64,000 bases of DNA from Xanthobacteraceae bacterium (GTDB lineage Bacteria; Pseudomonadota; Alphaproteobacteria; Rhizobiales; Xanthobacteraceae). Positions within the stretch are counted from its first letter, which is position 1. Each line of letters begins with the position of its first letter. The stretch covers positions 13,790 through 77,789 of the forward strand of contig DASRET010000080.1 in NCBI GenBank assembly GCA_035651875.1, written 5' to 3'. A program made the position numbers and the translations under genes. Positions 48,252-57,618 of this stretch are shown one piece after another. A model generated the notes under the pieces. The model was not told the origin of the DNA, searched no databases, and saw nothing but the letters and a program-made list of their open reading frames with translations.

Positions 48252-48660
48252 AGTATCCTCCATACGGCGACCCGGATTTACGTTGCGCCCGTTTGTCGTC
48301 TCGGCCGCTGTGGAAATAGCGACCGCTGATCATGGAGGATGGCGCGCGCCCGGCATTCGCGCTTTCAGAATGTCTTAGCGCGGGCTTACGGCCGGCATCA
48401 TTTTTTCTCTAGGCCGCCTGGGTCAGTGTGCTGGCTGGCGCACTTCGGCCGTCACACCCTTGCTGCCGAACGCGAAACGCACAGCGCGCTACGCCCTTCC
48501 CGGATCGCGCCTGACGCGATGCCGCCTGCCTGATCGCCGCAGCCTTCAAGGCGCCCCGCGGATGACGGCCATGCCGTGAGCGGGCTGTTATCGCCGCCGC
48601 GTCCGTGGCACTTTGCCGGTCTTCGCCAATCGCGGGTATTTGCCAATACGGGTGTGTGCC

Positions 48661-49512
48661 ATGAGCCAGTCTCGTCCCTCGACCGCCGACAAGCGCAAGA
48701 CATTTCGCAAGCTGCACGAGAGCGGCTGCTTCGTCATTCCCAATCCGTGGAACGTCGGCAGCGCGCGTTATCTGCAGGGCCTCGGTTTCAAGGCCCTGGC
48801 GACGACCAGCTCGGGCTTTGCCCATGCGGAGGGCTATGCGGACGGCGCGCAAAACCGCGAGCAGGTGCTGGCACATTTCGCCGAGATCGCCGCCGCCACC
48901 GACGTGCCGGTCAACGCCGATTTCGAGGACTGCTACGCCGACACGCTCGATGGCGTCGCCGACAGCGTCGCCAAATGCATCGCCACCGGCGTCGCCGGCC
49001 TGTCGATCGAAGATTCGCCGAACGACGGCAAGATGCCGCTCTACGACCTCGACACCGCCGTCGCCCGCGTCAAGGCGGCGCGCGCCGCCATCGATCGCGC
49101 CGGCGGCGACGTGGTGTTCACCGCGCGGGCGGAGAATTTCGTGCGCGGCGTCAACGATCTCGACGATGCGATCCGCCGCCTGAAGGCTTACGCCGCGGCC
49201 GGCGCCGATTGCCTGTACGCGCCGGGCATCAAGACCCGCGACGAGATCGTGGCGGTGGTCAAGGCGGTGGCGCCGAAGCCTGTCAATTTTCTCAACAGCG
49301 GCGCGTTCGGCTTCACGGTGGACGATCTCGCCCGCATGGGCGTGCGCCGCATCAGCGTCGGCGGCTCGCTCGCCCGCGTCGCCATGCACGCCTTCATCCG
49401 CACCGCCACCGAGATCGCGCGCGAGGGCGTGTTCGATGGTTTTGGCGGCGTCATCACCAATGCCGAGCTGAACAAGTTCTTCGGCGAGGATCGAAAGAAG
49501 CTCTCGCCATGA
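48661..49512 (+). CDS. Isocitrate lyase / PEP mutase family protein (2-methylisocitrate-lyase-like)
   Basis: ...FVIPNPWNVGSARYLQGLGFKALATTSSG...DADFEDCY...AGLSIEDS...ARAE.... Confidence 0.8.
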   Translation: MSQSRPSTADKRKTFRKLHESGCFVIPNPWNVGSARYLQGLGFKALATTSSGFAHAEGYADGAQNREQVLAHFAEIAAATDVPVNADFEDCYADTLDGVADSVAKCIATGVAGLSIEDSPNDGKMPLYDLDTAVARVKAARAAIDRAGGDVVFTARAENFVRGVNDLDDAIRRLKAYAAAGADCLYAPGIKTRDEIVAVVKAVAPKPVNFLNSGAFGFTVDDLARMGVRRISVGGSLARVAMHAFIRTATEIAREGVFDGFGGVITNAELNKFFGEDRKKLSP

Positions 49513-50216
49513 CCGCCGCCTCCGAGCCGCATCCGCGAACCGGCCAGCCGGTCGGCTTGCCGGTCGATCCGACGCCGGCGCCGTGGCCGGGTCCGGTTAC
49601 GCGCAAGGGACGCTACGGCCATATCGAGAAGCTCACGGCCGGCCATGCGGCCGATTTGTGGCGTGTGTTCGAGGGCCACGACGAGGTCTGGACCTATATC
49701 GGGACCGCCGGCCCGTTCGCGAACTTCACCGAGTTTGCGGCGTTTACCGAGATGCGCGCCGCGGCGAACGACCCTTATGCGTATGCGATCGTCGATACCG
49801 CCGGACGCGCCGTCGGCTATTTCACGCTGCTGCGCATCGAACCGCAGATGCGGGTCATCGAGGTCGGTCACGTGATGTATTCGCCGTCGCTGCAACGCAC
49901 GCCGCTCGGCACCGAAGCGCAATATCTGTTGGCCTGCTACGTGTTCGAAACGCTCAACTATCGGCGCTACGAATGGAAGTGCGATTCGCTCAACGCGAAA
50001 TCGCGGCGCGCGGCGCTGCGTTACGGCTTCATCTACGAGGGCACGTTCCGCCAGCACATCATCGCCAAGGGCCGCAACCGCGACAACGCCTGGTTCTCCA
50101 TGCTCGACAGCGAGTGGCCGGTACGCAAGGCGAACTTCGAGCGCTGGCTGGCGCCTGACAATTTCGACGGCGACGGCCGGCAAAAACTCAGCCTCGCGGC
50201 CTTGAACAAACAATAA
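49509..50216 (+). CDS. GNAT family N-acetyltransferase (RimJ/RimL-like)
   Basis: ATG 49509 overlaps the upstream stop (ATGA). ...IEVGHVMYSPSLQRTPLGTEAQYLLACYVFETLNYRRYEWKCDSLNAKSRRAALRYGFIYEGTFRQH.... Confidence 0.8.
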   Translation: MTAASEPHPRTGQPVGLPVDPTPAPWPGPVTRKGRYGHIEKLTAGHAADLWRVFEGHDEVWTYIGTAGPFANFTEFAAFTEMRAAANDPYAYAIVDTAGRAVGYFTLLRIEPQMRVIEVGHVMYSPSLQRTPLGTEAQYLLACYVFETLNYRRYEWKCDSLNAKSRRAALRYGFIYEGTFRQHIIAKGRNRDNAWFSMLDSEWPVRKANFERWLAPDNFDGDGRQKLSLAALNKQ

Positions 50217-50230
50217 CGCATGAGGATCGG

Positions 50231-50989
50231 ATGACGAATCGCCTGCAGGGCAAAGTCGCGTTGATCACCGCCGCCGGCCAGGGCATCGGCCGCGCCATTG
50301 CCGAAGCCTTCATTGCCGAAGGCGCCGGCGTCGTCGCCACCGATCTGGCCGAGGACAAGCTCGCCGGCCTGAAAGCGAAAAAGTGCAGCAAGCTCGACGT
50401 GCGCGCGACGAACGATATCGAGGCGCTGGCCCGCGACGTCGCCGGCGCGCTCGGCCCGCTCGACATTCTGGTCAATTGCGCCGGCTATGTGCATCACGGC
50501 AGCATCCTCGACTGCGGCGACCGCGACTGGGATTTTTCCTTCGACCTGAACGTCAAGTCCATGCATCGCATGATCAAGGCGTTCCTGCCCGCCATGCTGG
50601 AGAAGAAGCGCGGCTCGATCGTCAACATTTCGTCGGCGGTGTCGTCGATCCGCGGCGTGCCGAACCGCTACGCCTACGGCGCCACCAAGGCCGCGGTCAT
50701 CGGGCTCACCAAGGCGGTCGCCGCCGACTTCATCAAGCAGGGCATCCGCAGCAACGCCATCTGCCCCGGCACGATCGAATCGCCGTCGCTCGACGAGCGC
50801 GTCGCGATGCTGGCGAAAGAGACCAGCCGAACGCTCGACGCGGTGCGCGCCGACTTCGTCGCCCGCCAGCCCATGGGCCGGCTCGGCACGCCGACCGAAG
50901 TGGCCGCGCTCGCCGTCTTCCTGGCCAGCGACGAGGCGAGCTACATCACCGGCCAGGCCCACCTCGTCGACGGCGGCATGGCGCTGTAG
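50231..50989 (+). CDS. SDR family oxidoreductase
   Basis: TAAGQGIGRA (TGxxxGxG), NISS, YGATKAAV (YxxxK). Confidence 0.9.
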   Translation: MTNRLQGKVALITAAGQGIGRAIAEAFIAEGAGVVATDLAEDKLAGLKAKKCSKLDVRATNDIEALARDVAGALGPLDILVNCAGYVHHGSILDCGDRDWDFSFDLNVKSMHRMIKAFLPAMLEKKRGSIVNISSAVSSIRGVPNRYAYGATKAAVIGLTKAVAADFIKQGIRSNAICPGTIESPSLDERVAMLAKETSRTLDAVRADFVARQPMGRLGTPTEVAALAVFLASDEASYITGQAHLVDGGMAL

Positions 50990-51166
50990 CGCCATACGCG
51001 TCGATGGGTGGGAAAGCAGGGTCGGGACATAAGACCCGGATTCGGCATGTCGGGACGGCAGAATTCGACAAAATTCTGCTTTGCCACGGGACAACGGCAT
51101 CAAGACACCGCGCCCTCGCCGCAGCATCATCGCATCCTCGTTCCGCAGTTTGGGAGAACAGGACAA

Positions 51167-52234
51167 ATGGACAGGGTGCTGGGCGCATCGCGACAATTCA
51201 CGGCTAGACCCGCGGTTCGGTCGAGAACGCCGGACAGAGATGGCGCAGTGCGGCCGGCGCGGCTCGCATGTTTGGTTGCCGTACTGGCAGGTCTTGGAGC
51301 GTTCGACGCCGTGCTGCCGGGCGCCGCGCTCGCGCAAGCCGACTATCCCGCTCGGGCGGTCAGGCTGGTTGTTCCGACGCCTCCCGGCAGTACCTTGGAT
51401 ACCATCCCCCGGATCGTCGCCGACAAGTTGTCGCAACGCTGGAACGAGCCTGTTGTCATCGAGAACAAGCCCGGCGTCGCGCAGAACCTGGGCGCCGAAT
51501 ATGTCGCCAAGGCCGAGCCCGATGGCTACACGCTGCTCGCCACGCCGCAGGGGCCGCTGACCATCAGCCAATATTTCTTCCCCAAGCTCGGCTTCGATCC
51601 GACCGCCTTTGTGCCGATCTCGGTATTCGCCCAACAGCCGCTTTTGTTGGTCGCCAATCCGCGCTTTGCCGCGGCGACCTTGCCGGCGCTCATTGCCTAC
51701 GCCAAGGCCAATCCCGGCAAGATCAACTTTGCATCGCCCGGCATCGGCAGCTCGCCCCATCTCACCGGCGAGATGCTCCAGCGCGACGCCGGCATCCGCT
51801 TCACGCATGTGCCCTACAAGGGCATGACACCGCTGGTCACCGATCTCCTCGCCGGCCGCGTCGACATCGCCTTCAACAATCTCAGCAACACGGTGGAGCT
51901 GATCCGCGATGGCAAGCTCAAGCCGCTCGCGGTCGCAAGCGAAAAGCGAATTCCCGAGTTTCCGGACGTGCCGGCCGTCGCCGAACTGTATCCCGGCTTC
52001 TATGCAACGAGCTGGTTCGCGCTCGTCGCCCCGCCGCGCACATCGGCCGCCATTGCTGCAAAGATCGGGCGGGATCTCGCCGAGGTGCTGCGGCAGCCGG
52101 ACGTCGCCGCGCGGTTCAAACAGCTCGGCGTGACACCGGTCGACATGTCGCGGTCGCAAACCGCCGCGTTCTTGAAGGAGGAGAGCGAGCGCTGGCGCCA
52201 GGTCATCACAGCGGCCGGCATCAAGGCGCTGTGA
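51167..52234 (+). CDS. Bug/TctC-family substrate-binding protein
   Basis: ATG 51167 follows SD GGGAGAA. ...AQADYPARAVRLVVPTPPGSTLDTIPRIVADKLSQRWNEPVVIENKPGVAQ.... Confidence 0.8.
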   Translation: MDRVLGASRQFTARPAVRSRTPDRDGAVRPARLACLVAVLAGLGAFDAVLPGAALAQADYPARAVRLVVPTPPGSTLDTIPRIVADKLSQRWNEPVVIENKPGVAQNLGAEYVAKAEPDGYTLLATPQGPLTISQYFFPKLGFDPTAFVPISVFAQQPLLLVANPRFAAATLPALIAYAKANPGKINFASPGIGSSPHLTGEMLQRDAGIRFTHVPYKGMTPLVTDLLAGRVDIAFNNLSNTVELIRDGKLKPLAVASEKRIPEFPDVPAVAELYPGFYATSWFALVAPPRTSAAIAAKIGRDLAEVLRQPDVAARFKQLGVTPVDMSRSQTAAFLKEESERWRQVITAAGIKAL

Positions 52235-52386
52235 ACGCCATGCGTGCCGGCTGGACTAATGTCACTGCCGCCGCGTGGACCGCGGTTCTGGAGGCCGTGC
52301 CGGGCGCGGTGAACCTTTAGCCGCGCACTTCGCCGCAATTCGCTGCTCTCGCCCGTGCTGATGCTCCGCGCTATGATCGCGCGGTG

Positions 52387-53487
52387 ATGGCGCATGCGAC
52401 CGAACAGATTCGCTTCTGCACCAGCCGCGACGGCGGCCGCATCGCCTACGCGGTATGCGGCAGCGGGCCGCCGCTGGTGTGGCTTGGGCAGTTCGTTCGC
52501 CATATCGAGCTCGATTGGGACAGTCCGGTCTGGCGTCCGTGGCTATCGTTTCTGAGCCGCCGGCATACGCTCGTTCGCTATGACTTCCGCGGCTGTGGCC
52601 TGTCCGATCGCGACGGAGTCGAATTCTCCCATCAGCGGCACGTCGAAGATTTAGAGGCCGTGATGGATGCCGCCGGGCTGAAGCGATGCATCCTCTTCGG
52701 CATGGCCGGCGGCGGCGCCAAGGCCGCAAGCTATACGGTGCGCCATCCGGATCGGGTGAGCCATCTGGTCCTTTATGGCTCCCCCACATGCGCGCGCCTG
52801 GCGGACCACCCGACGCCCAAACAGCTGGAGGAAGCCGAAACCCGGCTGCGGGCGATTGAATTGGGATGGCCGAACGCGCTTCCGGCTTACGGTCACTTCT
52901 ATTCTTCACTGCTCATTCCAGATGCCGGCCCGGAGGTGTTCCATTCATTCAACGAGTTGCTGCGCCGGACGCTGTCAGCCGCGCAGATGGTGGCGCTGTT
53001 GCGCGGCTACTGGCAGGTCGACGTCAGGGAGATTTTGCCGAAGATCGGCCGCCCGACCTTGGTGATGCATGCGCGTGAGGATTCGACCATTCCCTTCGAA
53101 CAGGGACGCAGGGCCGCGGCTTTGATTCCCGATGCGCGGTTCGTGCCGCTCGAAACCCGCAACCACATTCTGGTCGAGAGCGAACCGGCCTGGCGGCAGT
53201 TCGTCGACGCCTGCAATGATTTTTTGCCGACGGAATCGACAAAGCCGAATAACAGCGCCCCGCCGCTCGCGGACGATCTTACCGTCCGCGAGCGCCAGGT
53301 GTTGGAGCTCGTTGCCGAAGGCCTCGACAACGACACCATCGCTGGCCGGCTTGGAATCAGTCCGAAGACTGTGCGCAATCAGGTCTCGACCATTTTTTCC
53401 AAGCTGGGGGTCAACAGCCGCGTTCAGGCGGTGGTGCGCGCCCGCGATGCAGGCTTTGGCCGCAAGGCCGCAGCCGGAGACTCCTGA
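52387..53487 (+). CDS. Alpha/beta-hydrolase-fold domain (Ser-to-Ala nucleophile) fused to a LuxR-type HTH
   Basis: The elbow reads ...CILFGMAGGGAKAA... (G-M-A-G-G). Acid and His positions are retained (...MHAREDSTIP..., ...ETRNHILVESEP...). C-terminal ...LTVRERQVLELVAEGLDNDTIAGRLGISPKTVRNQVSTIFSKLGV.... Confidence 0.8.
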   Translation: MAHATEQIRFCTSRDGGRIAYAVCGSGPPLVWLGQFVRHIELDWDSPVWRPWLSFLSRRHTLVRYDFRGCGLSDRDGVEFSHQRHVEDLEAVMDAAGLKRCILFGMAGGGAKAASYTVRHPDRVSHLVLYGSPTCARLADHPTPKQLEEAETRLRAIELGWPNALPAYGHFYSSLLIPDAGPEVFHSFNELLRRTLSAAQMVALLRGYWQVDVREILPKIGRPTLVMHAREDSTIPFEQGRRAAALIPDARFVPLETRNHILVESEPAWRQFVDACNDFLPTESTKPNNSAPPLADDLTVRERQVLELVAEGLDNDTIAGRLGISPKTVRNQVSTIFSKLGVNSRVQAVVRARDAGFGRKAAAGDS

Positions 53488-53537
53488 TCGAGCCGATCTT
53501 CTGCCGAAGCAATGACGAACTGAAGGGCCGCTCTGCC

Positions 53538-54521
53538 ATGCACATTCTCATCACCGGCGCGGCCGGCATGATCGGACGCAAGCTGACGGCGCGGCTGGTC
53601 GAGGCCGGCGCGCTCAACGGCCGGCCGATCGACACGCTGACCCTGGTGGACGTCGAGGCGCCGGACAAGCCGCAAAGCTTCGCCGGCAACCTCGTCACCG
53701 CCGCGGCCGATATCGGCGATGCCGCGGCCGCACCGGCGCTGGTCAGCGCACGGCCGGACGTCATCTTTCATCTCGCCGCCATCGTGTCGGGCGAGGCCGA
53801 GCTCGACTTCGAGAAGGGCACGCGGGTCAATCTCGACGGCTCGCGGGCACTGCTCGAAGCGATCCGGGCCACGGGCGACGGCTATCGTCCGCGGCTCGTT
53901 TTCACGTCGTCCATCGCGGTGTTCGGCGCGCCGTTTCCCGAGGCGATCGGTGACGACTTTTTCCAGACGCCGTTGACCTCGTACGGCACCCAGAAGGCGA
54001 TCGTCGAGCTCCTGCTCGCCGATTACACCCGCCGCGGCTTCGTCGACGGCGTCGGCATCCGGCTGCCGACCATCAATGTGCGGCCCGGCCGGCCCAACAA
54101 GGCGGCGTCGGGGTTCTTCTCCTCGATCATCCGCGAGCCGCTCGCCGGGCAGGAGGCGGTGCTGCCGGTCGAGGACAGCGTCATGCACTGGCATGCCAGC
54201 CCGCGCGCCGCCGTCGGCTTTCTCATCCACGCCGCCGGGCTGAAGGCCGAGCAGCTCGGGCCGCGCGTCAACCTGACCCTGCCGGGCGTTTGCGCCACCG
54301 TGGCCGAGCAGATCGCGGCGCTGCGCCGGATCGCCGGCGACAAGGTGGCGGCGCGCATCCGCCGGGCGCCCGATCCCCTGGTCGAACGCATCGTCGCCGG
54401 CTGGCCGCGCCGGTTCGATCCGCGCCGAGCGCTGGCGCTCGGCTTCCGCGCCGAGGGTTCGTTCGACGACATCATCCGCGTGCATATCGACGACGAATTG
54501 GGCGGCAAAATCGCTTTGTGA
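53538..54521 (+). CDS. NAD-dependent epimerase/dehydratase family (extended SDR) protein
   Basis: MHILITGAAGMIGRKL (GxxGxxG) and ...YGTQK... (YxxxK). Confidence 0.85.
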   Translation: MHILITGAAGMIGRKLTARLVEAGALNGRPIDTLTLVDVEAPDKPQSFAGNLVTAAADIGDAAAAPALVSARPDVIFHLAAIVSGEAELDFEKGTRVNLDGSRALLEAIRATGDGYRPRLVFTSSIAVFGAPFPEAIGDDFFQTPLTSYGTQKAIVELLLADYTRRGFVDGVGIRLPTINVRPGRPNKAASGFFSSIIREPLAGQEAVLPVEDSVMHWHASPRAAVGFLIHAAGLKAEQLGPRVNLTLPGVCATVAEQIAALRRIAGDKVAARIRRAPDPLVERIVAGWPRRFDPRRALALGFRAEGSFDDIIRVHIDDELGGKIAL

Positions 54522-54562
54522 CGGAAGTAAAAAAGCCTTTCCAGCGCCGCGCCCAAGCGTCT

Positions 54563-55291
54563 ATGAGTGCGGCCATGCGGTTCGGCACTCCGCTCATTCC
54601 CGCCATGCTGGCGCGCCGTTACAAACGCTTTCTCGCCGACGTGATGTTCGAGTCGGGCGAGATGGCGACGGTGCACGTCGCCAATCCGGGCGCCATGACG
54701 GGGCTCAACCGGCCCTATTCGCGGGTCTGGGTGTCGGATTCGCAGAACCCGATGCGAACGCTGCGCTACAGCTGGGAGCTGGTGGAGACCGATCTCGGCA
54801 GCGGTCCGGAGCTGGTCGGCGTCAACACCGTGCTGCCCAACCTTTTGGTCGCCGAGGCGCTCGAGGCCGGGCTCATTCCCGAGCTGCGCGACTATTCGTC
54901 GATCCGCCGCGAGGTGAAATACGGCACCAACTCGCGCGCCGACTTCGTGCTCGAGCACGACAAGCGCCCGACCTGCTACGTCGAGATCAAGAACGTGCAT
55001 CTGATGCGCAAGCCGCATCTGGCCGAATTTCCCGACTGCGTCACGGTGCGCGGCGCCAAGCATCTCGACGATCTGGCGCTGATGGTCGGAGCCGGCGCCC
55101 GCTCCGTGCTGCTCTTCGTCATCCAGATTCCGTCGGCCGAGCGCTTCACCGTGGCGCGCGACATCGACGCGGTCTACGGCGCGGCGTTCGACCGCGCGCG
55201 GCAAAAAGGCGTCGAAATCCTGGCATGGCGCTGCAAGATTGCCACCGAAGGCATCGAGATCGCCGCTCCGGTTCCGGTGGTGGAGGGGTGA
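54563..55291 (+). CDS. sfsA: Sugar fermentation stimulation protein homolog
   Basis: ...LIPAMLARRYKRFLADVMFESGEMATVHVANPGAM...REVKYG.NSRADFVL...CYVEIKNV...EFPDCVTVRGAKHL.... The start is ATG 54563 or 54575. Confidence 0.9.
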   Translation: MSAAMRFGTPLIPAMLARRYKRFLADVMFESGEMATVHVANPGAMTGLNRPYSRVWVSDSQNPMRTLRYSWELVETDLGSGPELVGVNTVLPNLLVAEALEAGLIPELRDYSSIRREVKYGTNSRADFVLEHDKRPTCYVEIKNVHLMRKPHLAEFPDCVTVRGAKHLDDLALMVGAGARSVLLFVIQIPSAERFTVARDIDAVYGAAFDRARQKGVEILAWRCKIATEGIEIAAPVPVVEG

Positions 55292-55430
55292 GGCGTCGCC
55301 GACTGTAACTTTGCTTGCGTTGCGCGGCGGTATGCTTACATTGCAACTCAACTGACGGTGTGCACCCGCTCGCCTCGCGGCTGACATTCTTTGGCGCCAT
55401 GATACTTCAGGACCATAACTCTTTAGCATC

Positions 55431-56255
55431 ATGACTTACGTAGAAGCGGCCTCGGCGCCGCTGCGCAAAACCGGACAGATCAAGATCCACGGTGCGGCCG
55501 CATTCGAAGGCATGCGCAAGGCCGGCCGGCTGGCGGCCGAATGCCTCGACATGCTGGTCGGCGAAATTGCGCCCGGTATCTCGACCGAGCGGATCGACCG
55601 GCTGGTCTACGAGTTCGGCCGCGACCACGGCGCGCTGCCGGCGACCTTGATGTATCGCGGCTACCGCAAATCGACCTGCACGTCGGTCAATCACGTGGTC
55701 TGCCACGGCATCCCGTCCGACAAGCCGCTGCGCGATGGAGACATTCTCAACGTCGACGTGACGCTCATCCTCGATCATTGGCACGGCGATTCGAGCCGCA
55801 TGTACGCGGTCGGCGAAATTCCGCGACGCGCCGAGCGGCTGATCGAGGTGACTTACGAGGCGATGATGCGCGGCATCGCCGCCATCCGGCCCGGCGGCAC
55901 CACCGGCGACATCGGCCACGCCATCCAGACCTACGTCGAGGCGCAGCACATGAGCGTGGTGCGCGATTTCTGCGGCCACGGCGTCGGCCGGCTGTTTCAC
56001 GACGAGCCCAACATCGTCCATGTCGGCCGCCCGGGCGAAGGCATCGTGCTCAAGCCCGGCATGTTCTTCACCGTCGAGCCGATGATCAATCTCGGCCGTC
56101 CGCACGTGAAGGTGCTGTCCGACGGCTGGACCGCAGTGACTCGCGACCGCTCCATGTCGGCGCAATTCGAGCACTCGGTCGGTGTCACGCAGACCGGCGT
56201 CGAGATTTTCACGCTGTCGCCCAAAAACCTCGACAAGCCGCCGTATCCGCGGTGA
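55431..56255 (+). CDS. map: Type I methionine aminopeptidase
   Basis: ...CTSVNHVVCHGIP...GDILNVDVT...HWHGDSS...GHGVGR.FHDEP...FTVEPM...AQFEH.... Confidence 0.95.
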   Translation: MTYVEAASAPLRKTGQIKIHGAAAFEGMRKAGRLAAECLDMLVGEIAPGISTERIDRLVYEFGRDHGALPATLMYRGYRKSTCTSVNHVVCHGIPSDKPLRDGDILNVDVTLILDHWHGDSSRMYAVGEIPRRAERLIEVTYEAMMRGIAAIRPGGTTGDIGHAIQTYVEAQHMSVVRDFCGHGVGRLFHDEPNIVHVGRPGEGIVLKPGMFFTVEPMINLGRPHVKVLSDGWTAVTRDRSMSAQFEHSVGVTQTGVEIFTLSPKNLDKPPYPR

Positions 56256-56397
56256 GGCGGCGCTCGCCGGCGTAGAATGCGCGGCAGCGTCCGCGGCTGC
56301 TTGCCAAATTGTCGGCGCATCGATCGCGCGCTATAGTGCGCGCAACCATAACCGTTGCGGTGTCGCCGGGCGAAGCGGGCACGCAGGGGGGAGCGCC

Positions 56398-56868
56398 GTG
56401 GTGGTCTTCTGGTCCGTTCTTCTCCTCGTCCACATGCTGTTCGCGGTGGCGCTGATCGGCGCCATCACCCATCAGGCGGTCAGCGTGTGCTGGCCGAACA
56501 CCGGCCGCTCGAAGTCGTTCGTCGGCGCGTTCCGCGGCGTCAACGGCATGACCTATGTCAACGCCATCATCGTGCTGTTTCTGTGCACCGCGGTGCTCGG
56601 CGCCATCGTCTATCCGAACTACCGGCTCAACGTGCGCACGGTGCTGCACATTCGCCATTTCTACAAGCCGGAGGGCTCGTTCGAGTTCAAGGAGCACGCG
56701 GTGGCGCTCGGCGCCGCGCTGTTGCCGGCCTATTGGTACTTCTGGCGTTATCCGGTCGAGGGCAACCGCGGCACCCGCAATGCCGTCACCGTCATGCTGG
56801 CGCTGATAGTGTGGTGGGCATTTATGGTCGGCCACGTCCTCAACAACATCCGCGGATTCGGCTTATGA
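56398..56868 (+). CDS. Four-TM membrane protein with conserved-looking His residues, unknown function
   Basis: GTG 56398 follows SD GGGGGGAG. TM1 ...LLLVHMLFAVALIGAITHQAV.... Further His residues occur in ...HIRHFYKPEGSFEFKEHAV... and ...MVGHVL.... Confidence 0.6.
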   Translation: MVVFWSVLLLVHMLFAVALIGAITHQAVSVCWPNTGRSKSFVGAFRGVNGMTYVNAIIVLFLCTAVLGAIVYPNYRLNVRTVLHIRHFYKPEGSFEFKEHAVALGAALLPAYWYFWRYPVEGNRGTRNAVTVMLALIVWWAFMVGHVLNNIRGFGL

Positions 56869-57188
56869 AGATCGCCCGCCTGTTTCCGGTGTTCAGCGCC
56901 GCCTTCGCGGCGATCTACGCGCCGGCGCTGTATTACAATTGGCCGGTGTTCACCTATCAGCCGGCGACGATGGAATGGAATCTCGGCGCGGTGACCAAGC
57001 AGGGCCCGCCGATGTTCTGGTACGGCATCCTGGTCACGTGTTTTGTCGGCGCCTGCGGGGTGGCGGCGCTGGCGGCGTTGGTGCCCCAACGCGTGGCGCA
57101 GCGGGTATGGCCGGGCCTGACCTGGCTGGTGCCGGTAGCCGCGCTCGTCTTCATCGCCTACATTCTGCGGCCGTATTACCTGAACTGA
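56865..57188 (+). CDS. Three-TM membrane protein, unknown function
   Basis: ATG 56865 overlaps the upstream stop (ATGA). 107 aa. Confidence 0.6.
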   Translation: MKIARLFPVFSAAFAAIYAPALYYNWPVFTYQPATMEWNLGAVTKQGPPMFWYGILVTCFVGACGVAALAALVPQRVAQRVWPGLTWLVPVAALVFIAYILRPYYLN

Positions 57189-57596
57189 GTGACACGCATG
57201 CCGCTTGACCGCGCCGGTCCGCTCGCTGTCCTTGTCGCCGCGCTGTTATTGGCCGCGCCATCGGCCGGGCGTGCCGGCGGCACCGGCTTCACCGACGAGG
57301 ACATCAATGCCTCGGACGGGCCGGCATTCTTCGGCTTCGTGCGCGAAGTCGGCGGGGCCGGCATTGGCGACGCCAAGGTCACCGCCGAGCTGAAAGACCG
57401 CGGCGCGCTGGTGACCCGCACCGACATCATGGGCGTGTACAAAATTCCGGGCTTCGGCCAGGACATCAATCCCGACGACGTGACCATCTCGTGCGCCAAG
57501 GACGGCTACAAGCAGGCCAACGTGGAGCGCCAACCGCATGCAGCCGGCGATACCAAGGACCCGATCGAGATCGAGTGCTATCTGCAAAAGCAGTGA
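57189..57596 (+). CDS. Secreted carboxypeptidase-regulatory-like (CarboxypepD_reg-type) domain protein
   Basis: Signal ...LAVLVAALLLAAPSAGRA. ...FFGFVREVGGAGIGDAKVTAELKDRGALVTRTDIMGVYKIPGF... resembles the small beta-sandwich domain. The start is GTG 57189 or ATG 57198. Confidence 0.55.
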   Translation: MTRMPLDRAGPLAVLVAALLLAAPSAGRAGGTGFTDEDINASDGPAFFGFVREVGGAGIGDAKVTAELKDRGALVTRTDIMGVYKIPGFGQDINPDDVTISCAKDGYKQANVERQPHAAGDTKDPIEIECYLQKQ

Positions 57597-57618
57597 GGCG
57601 GCGCGGGGAGAGGGGCTC

